A DNA stretch of 62,251 nt, counting the filler. It is 6 parts of 6 records of this genome, joined end to end, with 100 filler letters (N's around TTAATTAATTAA, not from the genome) between each part and the next. Parts side by side here need not be neighbours in the genome. Positions count along the whole stretch, not along the records: positions 34,051 to 47,767 come from SRR31156797_21036; 5 more parts are not named here. One strand, 5' to 3'. Below are positions 34,895-45,954 of this stretch, piece by piece. Within the stretch, counting starts at the first letter, position 1. Every line of letters starts with the position of its first letter. The position numbers and the translations under genes were made by a program. The notes beneath the pieces were generated by a model that worked only from the letters and a program-made list of their open reading frames with translations, made no database searches and was not told the origin of the DNA.

Positions 34895-37003
34895 ATGAAC
34901 AGCATTATCCTTGCAGTCATTGGCATTATGGTAGTAATTGTTGCCATTTTGTTGGTGAAAAAAGTCAGCAATAAAAAAGATAAAACACCGCTCCCCACAC
35001 CGGCTGATGAGCAGGATAAGCAACGACAAGAGGTAATTAAAGCAGCAGAGGCAGAAGAATCTGACCACCATATTTCCCCCCCTGGCGCCGTAGAGGTAGA
35101 GACAAAAAAAGATTCCCTTCCGGAAATGTCTGTAGAAGAGGCCACTCCTGAGGAAGAGATAGCCGCCCCCCTGCCAGAAACAAAAGAACAAGAACCTGTA
35201 ATTCTAGACCAAGCTGAACCTGAAGCAATACCTACCGAAAAAACCCAAGAGGATGAAGTTGCAACAGCACCAGCCCCCACTGAGCCTGAAAAGTCCGAAC
35301 CCGTTGAAACGACATCAATCATTCAGGAAAAAGCTCCAACGCCTACAGCTGAAAAAGAACCGCTAGAACCTGAACAAGTCACGGAGCAACTCACTGTAAA
35401 AACCGATGAAGCTGCCTCCGCTGCTGTGGAGAAAATTGCCCCCTCCACTCTGGAAGTAGAGTTGGAGACCGAAGAGGAGGCCCAGCCAGCAGAAGCGATT
35501 ACCCCCCCAGAGTCTCAGGAAATAGAAGCTGCTCCTGTCCCAGAAATTGTTGCAAAAGATGCTACTTCTGAGCAGGAAATAGAACTACAGCTGGAAGCTG
35601 ATGAACAAGAAGCTGCAATTCCGGACGAAGTTGAACCGGAGGAACCTGAATCCGTCGAACCGACACCAAGTGTCCAGGAATCAGCACCAGTTCCTGTGGT
35701 TGAAAAAGAGCTGCAGGAACCTGAAGAAGCTGCTCCCATCGACGCTGAAGAGATTACGGTTCAAGTCTCGGTTGCTAAAATACAACTCACCCTTGAACAA
35801 TACGCAGAACGGCTCAATCAACAAGAAGAGCAACAACGTGCAGCCCTGCAGCAGGCTATCACAACACAACAGGACCAAAAAAGGGATACCCTCCAGCGCG
35901 AGTTGGTACTGATGAACGAAAAACTCGCCTTGCTTGACGAAAGCTACCAGGAAGAACTTTCCTGCTACGACGACGTACTGCAGGCGGTGGAAGAACTGGA
36001 ATCCAGCCTCGACAAAAAGGCTGCTGCTCAAGCAAAAAGCGACCTTGTCGCAGGAATACCAGGCACAGCAGAAGCACTGCTGGCAGGCCTGATGGACGCA
36101 CCAGGCGGCTCAAAAGGTGTTGGAGCCTATTACAGCGGCAGGCTTGCTGAAAGCCGGTTCGACCTATTGACAGCGCTGCAGCGTTACAAAACTTCACTGC
36201 AAGAGGACAGCGGCAATTCTGACTATCTCTTTGCCGCCGGCCTTACCGCCCGACGCCTCTTCAAATATAAAGAGGCGGTGAACTGGCTGGAGCAATATGT
36301 ATCCATCTGCGCCCAGAAAAACCAGGATGACCCAGTCCTGCTCGCCCAGGCCAAACGCGAACTGGCATATACCTATGTCACCAGCGGGCAACATAAAAAA
36401 GCTGGACCAATGTACAAAGAGGCAATGACCGGATTTGCCAAGCATTTAGGACAGGAGAGTCCTGAAATGGCCATCAGCTGGTTCCAGATTGGTGAACTTC
36501 AGGAAACGCTGGGAGAATATGACAAGGCCGTTGCACTCTACAAAAAGGCCCTGGCAATTCTTGAAAAAAGGCAAGGCAAGGATCATCCAATGCTCACCGG
36601 CCTGCTTGACAAACTTGCAGCCCTTTGCATGGAACTGGAAATGGAAAGGGAAGCAGTCCCTCTTTATGAACGTTTGGTGGCCATACGGAAAAAAACACTC
36701 CGTCCCACCCACCCCCAATTGGCAATGAGCCTTAATAATCTTGCAGAATCATACCGGCTGCAGAGGCAGTATGCTGAAGCAGAGGAGTGTTATCAGCAGT
36801 CTATGTCCATTGCAGAGCAGACCCAAGGCAAGGACCATCCAAGCGTGGGCGCCATCCTCCAGGAGCTTGCCAAACTATGCTCAAACCAACGTAAAAATGA
36901 CGAAGCAGAGAAATATCAGACCAGAGCTACGGCTATTTTTGAAAAAGCAGTGGCTGCAGAGGACAAACGGTCTAAAAACACTTCTCTTTCTCTGGATTTA
37001 TGA
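34895..37003 (+). CDS. membrane-anchored TPR protein with long acidic Pro/Glu linker
   Basis: N-terminal TM, ~270 aa E/P/A/T-rich region, coiled coil, kinesin-light-chain-type TPRs (HPQLAMSLNNLAESY). Confidence 0.85.
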   Translation: MNSIILAVIGIMVVIVAILLVKKVSNKKDKTPLPTPADEQDKQRQEVIKAAEAEESDHHISPPGAVEVETKKDSLPEMSVEEATPEEEIAAPLPETKEQEPVILDQAEPEAIPTEKTQEDEVATAPAPTEPEKSEPVETTSIIQEKAPTPTAEKEPLEPEQVTEQLTVKTDEAASAAVEKIAPSTLEVELETEEEAQPAEAITPPESQEIEAAPVPEIVAKDATSEQEIELQLEADEQEAAIPDEVEPEEPESVEPTPSVQESAPVPVVEKELQEPEEAAPIDAEEITVQVSVAKIQLTLEQYAERLNQQEEQQRAALQQAITTQQDQKRDTLQRELVLMNEKLALLDESYQEELSCYDDVLQAVEELESSLDKKAAAQAKSDLVAGIPGTAEALLAGLMDAPGGSKGVGAYYSGRLAESRFDLLTALQRYKTSLQEDSGNSDYLFAAGLTARRLFKYKEAVNWLEQYVSICAQKNQDDPVLLAQAKRELAYTYVTSGQHKKAGPMYKEAMTGFAKHLGQESPEMAISWFQIGELQETLGEYDKAVALYKKALAILEKRQGKDHPMLTGLLDKLAALCMELEMEREAVPLYERLVAIRKKTLRPTHPQLAMSLNNLAESYRLQRQYAEAEECYQQSMSIAEQTQGKDHPSVGAILQELAKLCSNQRKNDEAEKYQTRATAIFEKAVAAEDKRSKNTSLSLDL

Positions 37004-37061
37004 TTAAGTGCATGACACTTTAAAAATCCCTCAAACCGACTGTATGTAATGAGTTAAAATT

Positions 37062-37601
37062 ATGGATCTTGTCGATCTTATACAGGAAAAGCGTTTCCTT
37101 GGTCAGGAGTTTCTGGCTTGGCTATGGTACAAATCCGAAGAAAGGGGAGGCAGTGTTGACCTTCCTGAAATTGGAGATATTCTGGTTGTCTTTGAAAAGC
37201 ATATGCTGCTTGAATACGGCGAAGGAGATACCAATGAAAAAGTAATTTGCCGAGGTCTGCAGACCGAGCTCAAAGAGGCCCGCGAGGGAATGCGGCTTGC
37301 AAAAAAACCAGAACAGGCAAGACTGCGCATTGCTCGCGGTGACCACGAGTACGGGGTAACCCTGTCAGCAAGCCTAATGGAATTTCGTAATGTCCGTCTG
37401 CCAAAAACCGCTGGAACAGAAGACGGCAACGACGCTGACAGCCTGGAAGGTCAAATCCTTGAAAGGATAGTCCTGCTCGAAGAGCTGACCTTTCTTGTCA
37501 ACGAACTCTTTCGGATGTTTATCAATATCAGGGTGTCTGATAGCAAGTGGGCTGACGAACTATTGTTAATACGTCAATGGGTAGGAGAAGGACTAACATA
37601 A
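37062..37601 (+). CDS. RdgC-like protein, C-terminal half
   Basis: FLGQEFLAWLWY motif, which I recognise from the partner of deltaproteobacterial RdgC-like N-halves. Confidence 0.65.
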   Translation: MDLVDLIQEKRFLGQEFLAWLWYKSEERGGSVDLPEIGDILVVFEKHMLLEYGEGDTNEKVICRGLQTELKEAREGMRLAKKPEQARLRIARGDHEYGVTLSASLMEFRNVRLPKTAGTEDGNDADSLEGQILERIVLLEELTFLVNELFRMFINIRVSDSKWADELLLIRQWVGEGLT

Positions 37602-37661
37602 GACCACACCGGGCACCTGTTTTCCAAGTACAAAAAAGATATACAAACAAGTAGGAATTTC

Positions 37662-39089
37662 ATGGAATTTGAAACCGTAATTGGGCTGGAAGTGCATGCC
37701 CAGATGAAAACCAAGAGTAAAATATTTTGCGGCTGCTCAACTGAATTTGGTGCGCCGCCCAACACCCATACCTGCCCAGTTTGCCTGGCCATGCCCGGCT
37801 CCCTGCCGGTGCTCAACAAAGAGGTCGTTGAATCAGCCATCAAGCTAGCGCTGGCAACTGATTCGAGCCTTAACCAGGAAAATATCTTTGCCCGAAAAAA
37901 CTATTTTTACCCAGACCTGCCCAAAGGATACCAGATTTCCCAGTTTGAGTTGCCCATTGCTGAACATGGCAAACTGGAAATTGACGTCGAAGGGACCTTG
38001 AAAACCATCGGCATTACCCGAATCCATATGGAAGAAGATGCAGGTAAACTTGTCCATGACGAACAGGAACCGGTGAGTCACGTTGATCTCAACCGTGCTG
38101 GTACACCCCTACTGGAGATTGTCAGCGAGCCTGACCTGCGCTCACCGGAGGAGGCCACAGCCTATTTGAAAAAGATGCATGCCATTGTCAGGTATCTGGA
38201 TATATGTGACGGCAACATGCAGGAAGGGAGCTTTCGCTGTGATGCAAACATCTCTCTGAGGCCTGCAGGACAGGAGGAACTCGGCATCCGAACCGAACTG
38301 AAGAACATGAACTCGTTCAAGAACGTTCAGTTGGCGCTTGAGTACGAAATACGTCGCCAGCGTGATGTCCTCCTTGATGGCGGCAAGGTCGTCCAGCAGA
38401 CTCTTCTGTGGGACCCGGATAAAAACCAGACCGAACCCATGCGCGGCAAAGAAGAAGCCCATGACTACCGGTATTTTCCGGACCCTGATCTTGTTCCCGT
38501 GGTTGTTGATGACCAATGGATCGACACCGTTCGTGGAAATTTACCGGAACTGCCGGACAACAAAAGAAAGCGTTTTAAGGTCGAGCTGGAACTCAGCGAC
38601 TATGATGCCGAAATACTCACCAGTTCAAGGAACTTGGCTGATTATTTTGAAACAGCATTTGCAGAGTATACCAATGCAAAAAAACTGGCAAACTTCATTG
38701 GCACCGAGTTACTGCGTGAGTTCAGCGCAGAAACTATTGATACCTGCCCTGTAAAACCTGGCCAACTCGCCCGCCTGATGAACATGATCGAAGACAGTAC
38801 CATTTCTGGCAAAATAGCGAAGACGGTATTTGCTGACATGCTCGAATCCGGGGCCGATCCAGATCTGATCGTCAAAGAAAAGGGCTTGGTGCAGATGAGC
38901 GATGCAGGTGAATTGCAGACCATTATACAAGAAATAATTGCTGCAAACCCAGGACAGGTACAGCAATTTCGCGAAGGCAAAACCAAAGTTATAGGTTTTT
39001 TTGTGGGCCAACTCATGCAGCGTACCAAGGGCAAAGCCAATCCACAAATGGCAAACAAACTTTTCCAACAGGAACTCAGCAAACAATAA
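37662..39089 (+). CDS. gatB: Asp/Glu-tRNA amidotransferase subunit B
   Basis: [43 protein letters not shown]. Confidence 0.97.
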   Translation: MEFETVIGLEVHAQMKTKSKIFCGCSTEFGAPPNTHTCPVCLAMPGSLPVLNKEVVESAIKLALATDSSLNQENIFARKNYFYPDLPKGYQISQFELPIAEHGKLEIDVEGTLKTIGITRIHMEEDAGKLVHDEQEPVSHVDLNRAGTPLLEIVSEPDLRSPEEATAYLKKMHAIVRYLDICDGNMQEGSFRCDANISLRPAGQEELGIRTELKNMNSFKNVQLALEYEIRRQRDVLLDGGKVVQQTLLWDPDKNQTEPMRGKEEAHDYRYFPDPDLVPVVVDDQWIDTVRGNLPELPDNKRKRFKVELELSDYDAEILTSSRNLADYFETAFAEYTNAKKLANFIGTELLREFSAETIDTCPVKPGQLARLMNMIEDSTISGKIAKTVFADMLESGADPDLIVKEKGLVQMSDAGELQTIIQEIIAANPGQVQQFREGKTKVIGFFVGQLMQRTKGKANPQMANKLFQQELSKQ

Positions 39090-39099
39090 CTGTTTGATA

Positions 39100-39846
39100 G
39101 TGGACAAACAACAATGGCAGGACAAAGGCAAGGGCCACCGTCAACGGTTACGCGATAAATTTCTGGAACAAGGCATAGCCGCCTTTTCAGACAGCGAAAT
39201 CATAGAACTGCTGCTCAGTTTTGGTACGCCCCGCTCTGATTGCAAGGAACCGGCGCGGTCCGCCTTGGAATACTTTGGCTCGCTTCCAGCAGTATTGGAT
39301 GCTCCTGCCGCTCAATTACAGGAGATAAAAGGACTGGGATCAAAAAACATTTTTGCACTGCAGTTCATACAAGCCGTTGCCAGACGTTACCTGCGACTTC
39401 GTTTGTCAGGAAAACAGTATATCAGCTCCTCCAAAGAGGTGGCGAACTACCTTATCCACACCATGCGCGGCTTAAAGCGTGAAGTACTGACAGTTGTTTT
39501 CCTTGATGCAGCCCATGCCATTATCGACACTGAAATTGTTGCCCAAGGCACGGTAACCGTTAACACAGTTTATCCCAGAGAACTGATTGCCATGGCGCTT
39601 GAATATAATGCCAGCGCCATGGTCATCGCCCACAATCACCCTTCAGGCAACCTGCAGCCTTCCCCCCAGGACAGAAAACTTACGACCTCTCTCCATCTTG
39701 TCTGCTCATTCATGCATATCAATTTACTCGACCATATCATTGTCGGCTCCGGCGAAAAAGTATACAGTTTTGCCGACCATGGACTTATGGACTCGATCCG
39801 TGAACAATGCAAAGGGACACTTGCCAACCTCAGCCAACATGGATAA
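39100..39846 (+). CDS. radC: RadC family JAB/MPN protein
   Basis: GHRQRLR, VYPRE, AHNHPSG..PS..D, LLDHIIV; GTG start at 39100. Confidence 0.93.
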   Translation: MDKQQWQDKGKGHRQRLRDKFLEQGIAAFSDSEIIELLLSFGTPRSDCKEPARSALEYFGSLPAVLDAPAAQLQEIKGLGSKNIFALQFIQAVARRYLRLRLSGKQYISSSKEVANYLIHTMRGLKREVLTVVFLDAAHAIIDTEIVAQGTVTVNTVYPRELIAMALEYNASAMVIAHNHPSGNLQPSPQDRKLTTSLHLVCSFMHINLLDHIIVGSGEKVYSFADHGLMDSIREQCKGTLANLSQHG

Positions 39847-40987
39847 AACAGGTCCGGGCATTTACCTGCATGTCCCCTTTTGTTTAAGTAAATGCAGCTA
39901 TTGCAGCTTTTACTCCTGTACAGGGACTAACACGCTTATTAGGCAGTATCATGCTGCGGTGACCGGGCGTTTGAGCACTCTTCAGCAGCTCGCCCCTTGG
40001 AAGGACCTTACCTTTACCACAATTTTTTTTGGAGGGGGGACACCGTCCATCCTCCCGGTCCCGCTGCTCGCCGACCTGGTTACTCTTATTCTAAAAAAAT
40101 TTTCAATCGCCTGTGACCAGGCAGAAATTTCCATTGAAGTCAATCCCGCTACTATTAACCAGGAGGGGCTGACAAGACTCCGTCAAGCAGGCTTCAACCG
40201 GCTTTCCATTGGTTTTCAGTCTCTTGATGACCAGCAACTTAAACGTATAGGACGCCCTCATTCAGCCGGGGATGCCCTTGCGACGTATGCAGCGGCAAGA
40301 AAAGCAGGATTTAGCAACATCAGCATCGACCTCATGTATGGCCTGCTCGACCAAAAGCCACACCAGTGGAGCAAAATACTGAACCAGGCCATGGAACTTA
40401 CGCCTGACCATATCTCCATGTACGAACTCACCCTTGAACCTGGAACGCCTTTAGCCATTGGTGTCGATAAAGGCGAGGTTGCCCTGCCCAATGAAGACGC
40501 AGTATTGGAAATGATGGAAACCACCCGAAAAACAATCAGCCAGTCGCCTTTAAAACGATATGAGATCTCAAATTATGCGTGCCCAGGGTACCGTTGCCGC
40601 CACAACCTCAATTACTGGAAAAACGGCAGTTACCTAGGAGTTGGACCAGGAGCAGTTTCTGCCTTTGAAGGAAAAAGGTGGAGCACCAGGGAAGATCTTA
40701 CCCAATTTACAAATGCTGCAAACTCACTTGAGCTGGAAGAAGGAGAGGCGGAGGTCCTTGACCATGAGGCCTATTTTCGCGAAACCGTTATGATCGGTCT
40801 CCGTCTGACCGAAGGGATAGACCTGAAAATACTGCATGATCGATTCAACATCGATCCACTGATCTACTACGGAAAAACATTAACCCGCCTGCTTGACCGG
40901 AAGCTACTCGAGCTCGACGGCCCAAAACTCAGATTAACCCATCATGGACTTGCGCTGGCTAACACGGTTATGGCCGAACTCGTCTAG
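39839..40987 (+). CDS. hemW: radical SAM heme chaperone HemW
   Basis: YLHVPFCLSKCSYC, FGGGTPS, YEISNY, HNLNYW. Confidence 0.9.
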   Translation: MDKTGPGIYLHVPFCLSKCSYCSFYSCTGTNTLIRQYHAAVTGRLSTLQQLAPWKDLTFTTIFFGGGTPSILPVPLLADLVTLILKKFSIACDQAEISIEVNPATINQEGLTRLRQAGFNRLSIGFQSLDDQQLKRIGRPHSAGDALATYAAARKAGFSNISIDLMYGLLDQKPHQWSKILNQAMELTPDHISMYELTLEPGTPLAIGVDKGEVALPNEDAVLEMMETTRKTISQSPLKRYEISNYACPGYRCRHNLNYWKNGSYLGVGPGAVSAFEGKRWSTREDLTQFTNAANSLELEEGEAEVLDHEAYFRETVMIGLRLTEGIDLKILHDRFNIDPLIYYGKTLTRLLDRKLLELDGPKLRLTHHGLALANTVMAELV

Positions 40988-41234
40988 ACGCAATGCTTGT
41001 AACTCTGATGACAATGTCGTTAACGTAAAGGATCGATCTGTAATTTAAGCAGTCTTCCGCCGGTACTCTTTTATGATTACGTGGATATTCTTTCCCTGAC
41101 CTTTTAGGGGTTCGGTTGCCATACCCAATGTTTCCATTACACCGGAGACTCTATTCTTTATAGCTAAAATTGACTTTTAAAGAAGTATCATGATAGTATT
41201 CTGCATCCCAGAGAGGACTTGGGTTAAATTTCGA

Positions 41235-41900
41235 TCAATCGAAAACTGCTAGTATATCGGAAGACAACACTTCTCCTTGTCGAGTAACAAGAGTATTACT
41301 CCCTCCGTCCCCAAGATTAACACCAGTAACCTCAGAGCATATAATTGAGGAGCAATTGATTTCGCTCCCTGAAGAATCGGCAGCATCAACAACAATACTA
41401 TATTCACCTGAAGAGGCTTCAGTGCCTTCATCAGTCAATCCGTCCCACGTTAAATAATGGCTACCGGCCTCATACTCACTGCAAGAGAGTTCAGCTGTTG
41501 TTTTGCCATTTAGCTGGATGAGTAACGTTACATCCTCTGCAGAGGTCTCAAGGTTGTACCCAAGCTCTACGGTTCCACCATCATAATCAAAAGTATCTCC
41601 GTAATAGGCTACATCTTGTCCGAGTGTATCCAGTGAAAAAGATTGATTGGTAGACAATGTCGTCAACATTGATTCTACGTTGTCGTTAAGGTTCATTAAC
41701 TGCTCAAGGCTACTGTACTGCGCCAACTGGGCAGTGTATTCCGTTGCATCTGTAGGGTTAAGTGGATCCTGATTTTCCATTTGAGCAACCAGGAGCGTGA
41801 GGAAGTCTTCTTTATCCATCACCTGGTCACTGCCACTGGTGCCGGAAAGGCTTGTTACAGCTGTTGAGTTACTTGTTATCGTGTCGATTGTGCTGGTCAT
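41235..41900 (-). CDS. flgD: flagellar hook cap protein
   Basis: DFLTLLVAQMENQDPLNP, AQLAQYSSLEQL, WDG. Confidence 0.93.
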   Translation of the reverse strand: MTSTIDTITSNSTAVTSLSGTSGSDQVMDKEDFLTLLVAQMENQDPLNPTDATEYTAQLAQYSSLEQLMNLNDNVESMLTTLSTNQSFSLDTLGQDVAYYGDTFDYDGGTVELGYNLETSAEDVTLLIQLNGKTTAELSCSEYEAGSHYLTWDGLTDEGTEASSGEYSIVVDAADSSGSEINCSSIICSEVTGVNLGDGGSNTLVTRQGEVLSSDILAVFD

Positions 41901-41911
41901 AACATATCCTT

Positions 41912-43204
41912 TCAAGAGGTTACATTGTAGCTTTCAAAAAAACTCTCCAAATAACTGGCCTGGGAATTAAGACCGCTTACTATTTCCTCCATGGCAGCAT
42001 ATTTTGCCTCAAGGGTTTCTCTTCTTTTCTCGAGCCTCGTCTCCATGGATTCAATATCGTCATCCAGTCTTGAAACCTGGCTTTCAATAGAATTTTCCCT
42101 GGTAACGTAGAAGCCACTGATGGAATCGATTTGGTCACTGAGAAAATCATCCAGGCTGGTCATTACACCGACAGTTTCCTCGCCTCCCACTAGAGAAGAG
42201 ATAACGCTAGAGGGATCCTCTTTATATACTTCAGAGAGCTTAGTTGAATCAAAATCCAACTCACCAGTCTCCCAGTTAGAGGAAACCCCTAACTCGACAA
42301 ATACATAGCTGGTTAATTTATTTTTCAGGCTGCGCTGGAGATTTTCCATGTCGGAACCAAGAGTTGAATCTGATCCGTTAATGGTTTCCACATAGGTATT
42401 GATAGCATTGTAAGCATCTACCATCTCCTGCAATTTAGTCGAAATGACTTCTTCTGTATCTGATTCAATAACGACGCTCTTAGCGCCATCATCTCCCGAT
42501 GTATCAATCAGTGTTATCGTGGATCCCTTTATACCGTTGGTCATTGTGTTGCTGTTGCTGTAATAATCCACTCCATCAACAATAATGTGTGATTTTGTAC
42601 CTTGGATAGTGTGACCATTATCGGTCGTATCCAGGGTAATGCTGCCTGTTCCGATAATATCAATTTCTTCACCTGAGCTGTCTGCGGTAAGAATCATCTT
42701 GTACCCTTCTCCGGTACCGTCATCTGCTATGCTCGCTGTTAATCCGTATTCACTCTCATTAATTTGATCCACCACCTCCCCGAAAGTCAGTCCATCATAA
42801 GCAAATGTTTCTCCACCAATTTGAAGCTCACCATCAAGAAGGGTTGTGTCAGTATCGGCAATGTATTCGTCATTTATGTCTTTTTGCTGTTGAGCAAGAT
42901 CTATTATCTCAACAGAATAGGTTCCCTCACTAGTGAGGCTGGTGGTACTTACTGTGAAGTAATCCGACCCGTTGTTGGTTGCTTCCGGGGATTGCAAGTC
43001 ACTTTTATCATTAAGCGCACTTGTTGCGTCATAAAAGGATTCCAGCAATGTATTGAACTCGCTATAAGAGTCGAGTTTTACTTCTAAATATTCTTTTTCC
43101 GACTCCATGGTATCGAGAGGCAAACTCTCGACTTCCATGACAGCATCGATAATCGATTCTGTATCTATGCCGCTTGCCAGACCAGAAAACGTGATAGAAG
43201 ACAT
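41912..43204 (-). CDS. fliD: flagellar filament cap protein
   Basis: ITFSGLASGID, GTYSVEI..LAQ, C-terminal L.AKYAAME...LNSQ. Confidence 0.9.
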   Translation of the reverse strand: MSSITFSGLASGIDTESIIDAVMEVESLPLDTMESEKEYLEVKLDSYSEFNTLLESFYDATSALNDKSDLQSPEATNNGSDYFTVSTTSLTSEGTYSVEIIDLAQQQKDINDEYIADTDTTLLDGELQIGGETFAYDGLTFGEVVDQINESEYGLTASIADDGTGEGYKMILTADSSGEEIDIIGTGSITLDTTDNGHTIQGTKSHIIVDGVDYYSNSNTMTNGIKGSTITLIDTSGDDGAKSVVIESDTEEVISTKLQEMVDAYNAINTYVETINGSDSTLGSDMENLQRSLKNKLTSYVFVELGVSSNWETGELDFDSTKLSEVYKEDPSSVISSLVGGEETVGVMTSLDDFLSDQIDSISGFYVTRENSIESQVSRLDDDIESMETRLEKRRETLEAKYAAMEEIVSGLNSQASYLESFFESYNVTS

Positions 43205-43300
43205 TGTTTACTCCTTTATTTGTTGTATTGTCTCGGTGAAGGGCAGCCAATCACGGGGCTTTCAAGTATTCGGAATACAAAGACTTCAAAATGCAAGCCG

Positions 43301-44179
43301 TTATAGGTAGTCCATTAATTTAAGTGACGAGACCCTGCCAGCTACCTGCATGGCAGCTTCCAGAGTAAGTTCCATTTGAGCAACATCCGACAGCACTTCG
43401 GTCAAATCAGCGTCCTGAAAACCAGATAGACTCTCCTGGAGGAGAACCTGTGCACTGGTGTGCATCGATACCAAATCTTCCATTTGGGCCATTGTGTTTC
43501 CCATACTACTTTGCTGTGAACGCACCTGGTCAGCTGCTTTTTCCAAGGTATCTAACTCAGCAGATATCAAGGTTGAATCATTGCTTTGCAAAGCAGTGTT
43601 GAGATCTTCAAGGCTGGTAAATAGATTCACTGGACTCATAAAAAGTTCTTCTCCAGTAATGTTTTTGGCGACAATTGCCCCAGGGCTGACCTCAACCATT
43701 TTGTGATTAGTAGTACCTGTGTAAGTGACTGGGGTTCCTGAAAAGGGCGGATTATGATCGTTGTATCCAGAAAAAATGTATGTCCCTCGATCTTGGGTAT
43801 TACCAAGGTCGAGAAGCCTTTGCTGAAGTTGGGATACTTCGTCGACAAGGGTTTGCCTATCTATTGCTGAAAGGGAATCATTGGCGCCTGAAATAGCTAT
43901 TTCCTTGGCACGCGCCATGATGTCTTCGACATTGTCTACATAAGTTTCAGCAATGGATAAGTTGTCCTCCACATGGTTACAATTCTCGATAAATTGCTCA
44001 TTCTTTGTCAACTCACTTCGACAGGAAATGATTGAAGCAACTGAAGAGGGGGCATCAGATGCCTCGGATACTTCTACACCTGTAGCGGCCTTTACGTAGA
44101 GACCATTGAGGGTGTCTGATGCGTTGGACAGATTGTACTGCAGAAGTCGGTAGGTAGATGCATCTCTTGTTATCTGCAT
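43301..44179 (-). CDS. flgL: hook-filament junction protein 3
   Basis: ATG....ASDAP, GNT....YIFSG, C-terminal DADL...LEAA...LKLMDYL. Confidence 0.88.
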   Translation of the reverse strand: MQITRDASTYRLLQYNLSNASDTLNGLYVKAATGVEVSEASDAPSSVASIISCRSELTKNEQFIENCNHVEDNLSIAETYVDNVEDIMARAKEIAISGANDSLSAIDRQTLVDEVSQLQQRLLDLGNTQDRGTYIFSGYNDHNPPFSGTPVTYTGTTNHKMVEVSPGAIVAKNITGEELFMSPVNLFTSLEDLNTALQSNDSTLISAELDTLEKAADQVRSQQSSMGNTMAQMEDLVSMHTSAQVLLQESLSGFQDADLTEVLSDVAQMELTLEAAMQVAGRVSSLKLMDYL

Positions 44180-44188
44180 AGTAAGCCT

Positions 44189-45580
44189 CTACAAGTTTAT
44201 TAAGGTATCCAGCATTTCCTGGATAACGGACAAATAATGGCTTGCTGCCTCGTACCCGGTTTGATACTGAACCAACAAAAGCATTTCCTCGTCAATGGAT
44301 ACACCTGACAGAGAGTCCCTCTGGGTACTGGTATCAAGCAACAACCCATAGCTATCGGTGAGATGCTGCTCGTTACTGCTCACGAAGAGTCCCGCTTTAG
44401 CTGCAATACGCGAATATTCGCCAGTGAAGCTGGTATTGTTTATGCTTGTTGTTTCATCAAGTGCTGCTATTTCAAGCGCTAGAGAATTATCTCCAGATAA
44501 GCCGCTTGTTCCAGCTGCAATTAATGATGGATCGTTTATCGCGACCGTGATGGAAGCCGCTGCACCTTGCCAGGCAGGGGCTGTTGGATCGAGGGGCGGA
44601 GTAAAGGTAAAGATCTCACCAGCTGGATCCCCGTTTTGGTCCAACCCGGTCAGGTGTGTGGTATTAACGGCAGTGGCGAGTTCGTAGATGAGGTAATCTA
44701 TTTCGTCCTCCAGTTCGGGTATGACCTGATCACGTACTTCCACTAAGCCTTTAACTGTTCCACCAAAATCGTCCCCACTAAGAGAATATGCTGAACTTCC
44801 ACTGGTAAGTTTGAGCTCTACAAGCCCTCCGACACGATCGCTGGAGAGGGTCGAAGCCTGATCTCCGTTAACCAACGGCAGCCCGCTCTCCATCTGTATA
44901 CAGACCATCCCATTATTGTCGGTATAACTGGTAGCGCCTATACTCTCGCTTACATGCTGAACCAATAGATCACGTTGATCACGAAGCGTATTGGCATCAC
45001 TTCCTGATAGCTCAGCTTTTCGAATAGAATCATTGAGCGATGCAATTTGTTCGAGCTGATCGTTGAACTCTGGAAGGAGAGACTCCAGGTCGCTATTTAT
45101 GCTTTCTGTAACATAGCCGAGTTGCTGTGCAATTTGATTAGCTTGATCTGCTAGATTTCCTGCCTCCTCGATAATTTGCTGCTGTTCCGTTGTTCCATCA
45201 GGGTTGCTGCTTAACTTTCCCCAAGAATCAAAAAAAGCATCGATATCACTGGAAAGGGCTGAATTATCTATGGAGAGCAATTGCTCTATATCATTCAGTG
45301 GACTGGCTTTAGCGCTATACTCTCCATAATCGGCGCTTTGTGATATAAGTTGCTGTGTTATGAAGGGATTTTCGACTCGTTGTATTGAGCTAACCGTACT
45401 ACCGGTTCCCAATATGAGGTTCCCCAGTTCAAGAGAAGTAGCACTGGTAATTGAAGTGTCTTGTCGGGAGTAGCCCTCTGTACTGGCATTGGCAATGTTA
45501 TTTCCGGTCACCTGTACTGCGGTCTGGTTTGTATAAATCCCGCTTGCCCCCGTGTAGAGTGAGGTGATAAGACCTGCCAT
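44189..45580 (-). CDS. flgK: hook-filament junction protein 1
   Basis: GNNIANASTEGYSRQ, LRDQRD, SGVSIDEEM...YQ.GYEAA. Confidence 0.93.
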   Translation of the reverse strand: MAGLITSLYTGASGIYTNQTAVQVTGNNIANASTEGYSRQDTSITSATSLELGNLILGTGSTVSSIQRVENPFITQQLISQSADYGEYSAKASPLNDIEQLLSIDNSALSSDIDAFFDSWGKLSSNPDGTTEQQQIIEEAGNLADQANQIAQQLGYVTESINSDLESLLPEFNDQLEQIASLNDSIRKAELSGSDANTLRDQRDLLVQHVSESIGATSYTDNNGMVCIQMESGLPLVNGDQASTLSSDRVGGLVELKLTSGSSAYSLSGDDFGGTVKGLVEVRDQVIPELEDEIDYLIYELATAVNTTHLTGLDQNGDPAGEIFTFTPPLDPTAPAWQGAAASITVAINDPSLIAAGTSGLSGDNSLALEIAALDETTSINNTSFTGEYSRIAAKAGLFVSSNEQHLTDSYGLLLDTSTQRDSLSGVSIDEEMLLLVQYQTGYEAASHYLSVIQEMLDTLINL

Positions 45581-45582
45581 AA

Positions 45583-45939
45583 TTAAGCACTCCTCGCCAT
45601 CATTTTTGGGATTGACCTGTAGACAGCTGGAATGGCATCGATTCCATAGGTCATAGCAGACAAGTCGTAGAGGTACTTTTGCTGTCTAGCAATTGCCCTA
45701 AGTCCAGACAAAAGAATGTGACGGTTGTGTCGGATGTTAATTTTTATTTTTCTAATTAGTTCCTGTTCTTCATCGCTGGGTGTACATTCATTTGCTTTGA
45801 TCCTTGCGAGAAGAGTATTCTTCTCTTGATGGATCTCTTGAAGCAGCGACATGTTGAGATGTATGATGGCCGCTCTTTCCTTTTGTAAAACTAGATTGAG
45901 CTGTTGCAGATCTTCTTTCTGATTTTTTTTTCCAACCAT
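45583..45939 (-). CDS. flgN: FlgN-like export chaperone
   Basis: 118-aa helical protein directly upstream of flgK (L..ER.AI...K, N..N...TYG). Confidence 0.55.
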   Translation of the reverse strand: MVGKKNQKEDLQQLNLVLQKERAAIIHLNMSLLQEIHQEKNTLLARIKANECTPSDEEQELIRKIKINIRHNRHILLSGLRAIARQQKYLYDLSAMTYGIDAIPAVYRSIPKMMARSA

Positions 45940-45954
45940 GACGTATCCCTTCTG

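Noticed and set aside
29387-39089. Amidase and small protein as gatA/gatC partners of gatB
   Set aside because: They are on different contigs, and the amidase sits in a catabolic operon.
39100-39846. radC as a marker of a mobile element or defence system
   Set aside because: It is a full-length RadC in housekeeping context between gatB and hemW, with no mobility genes nearby.
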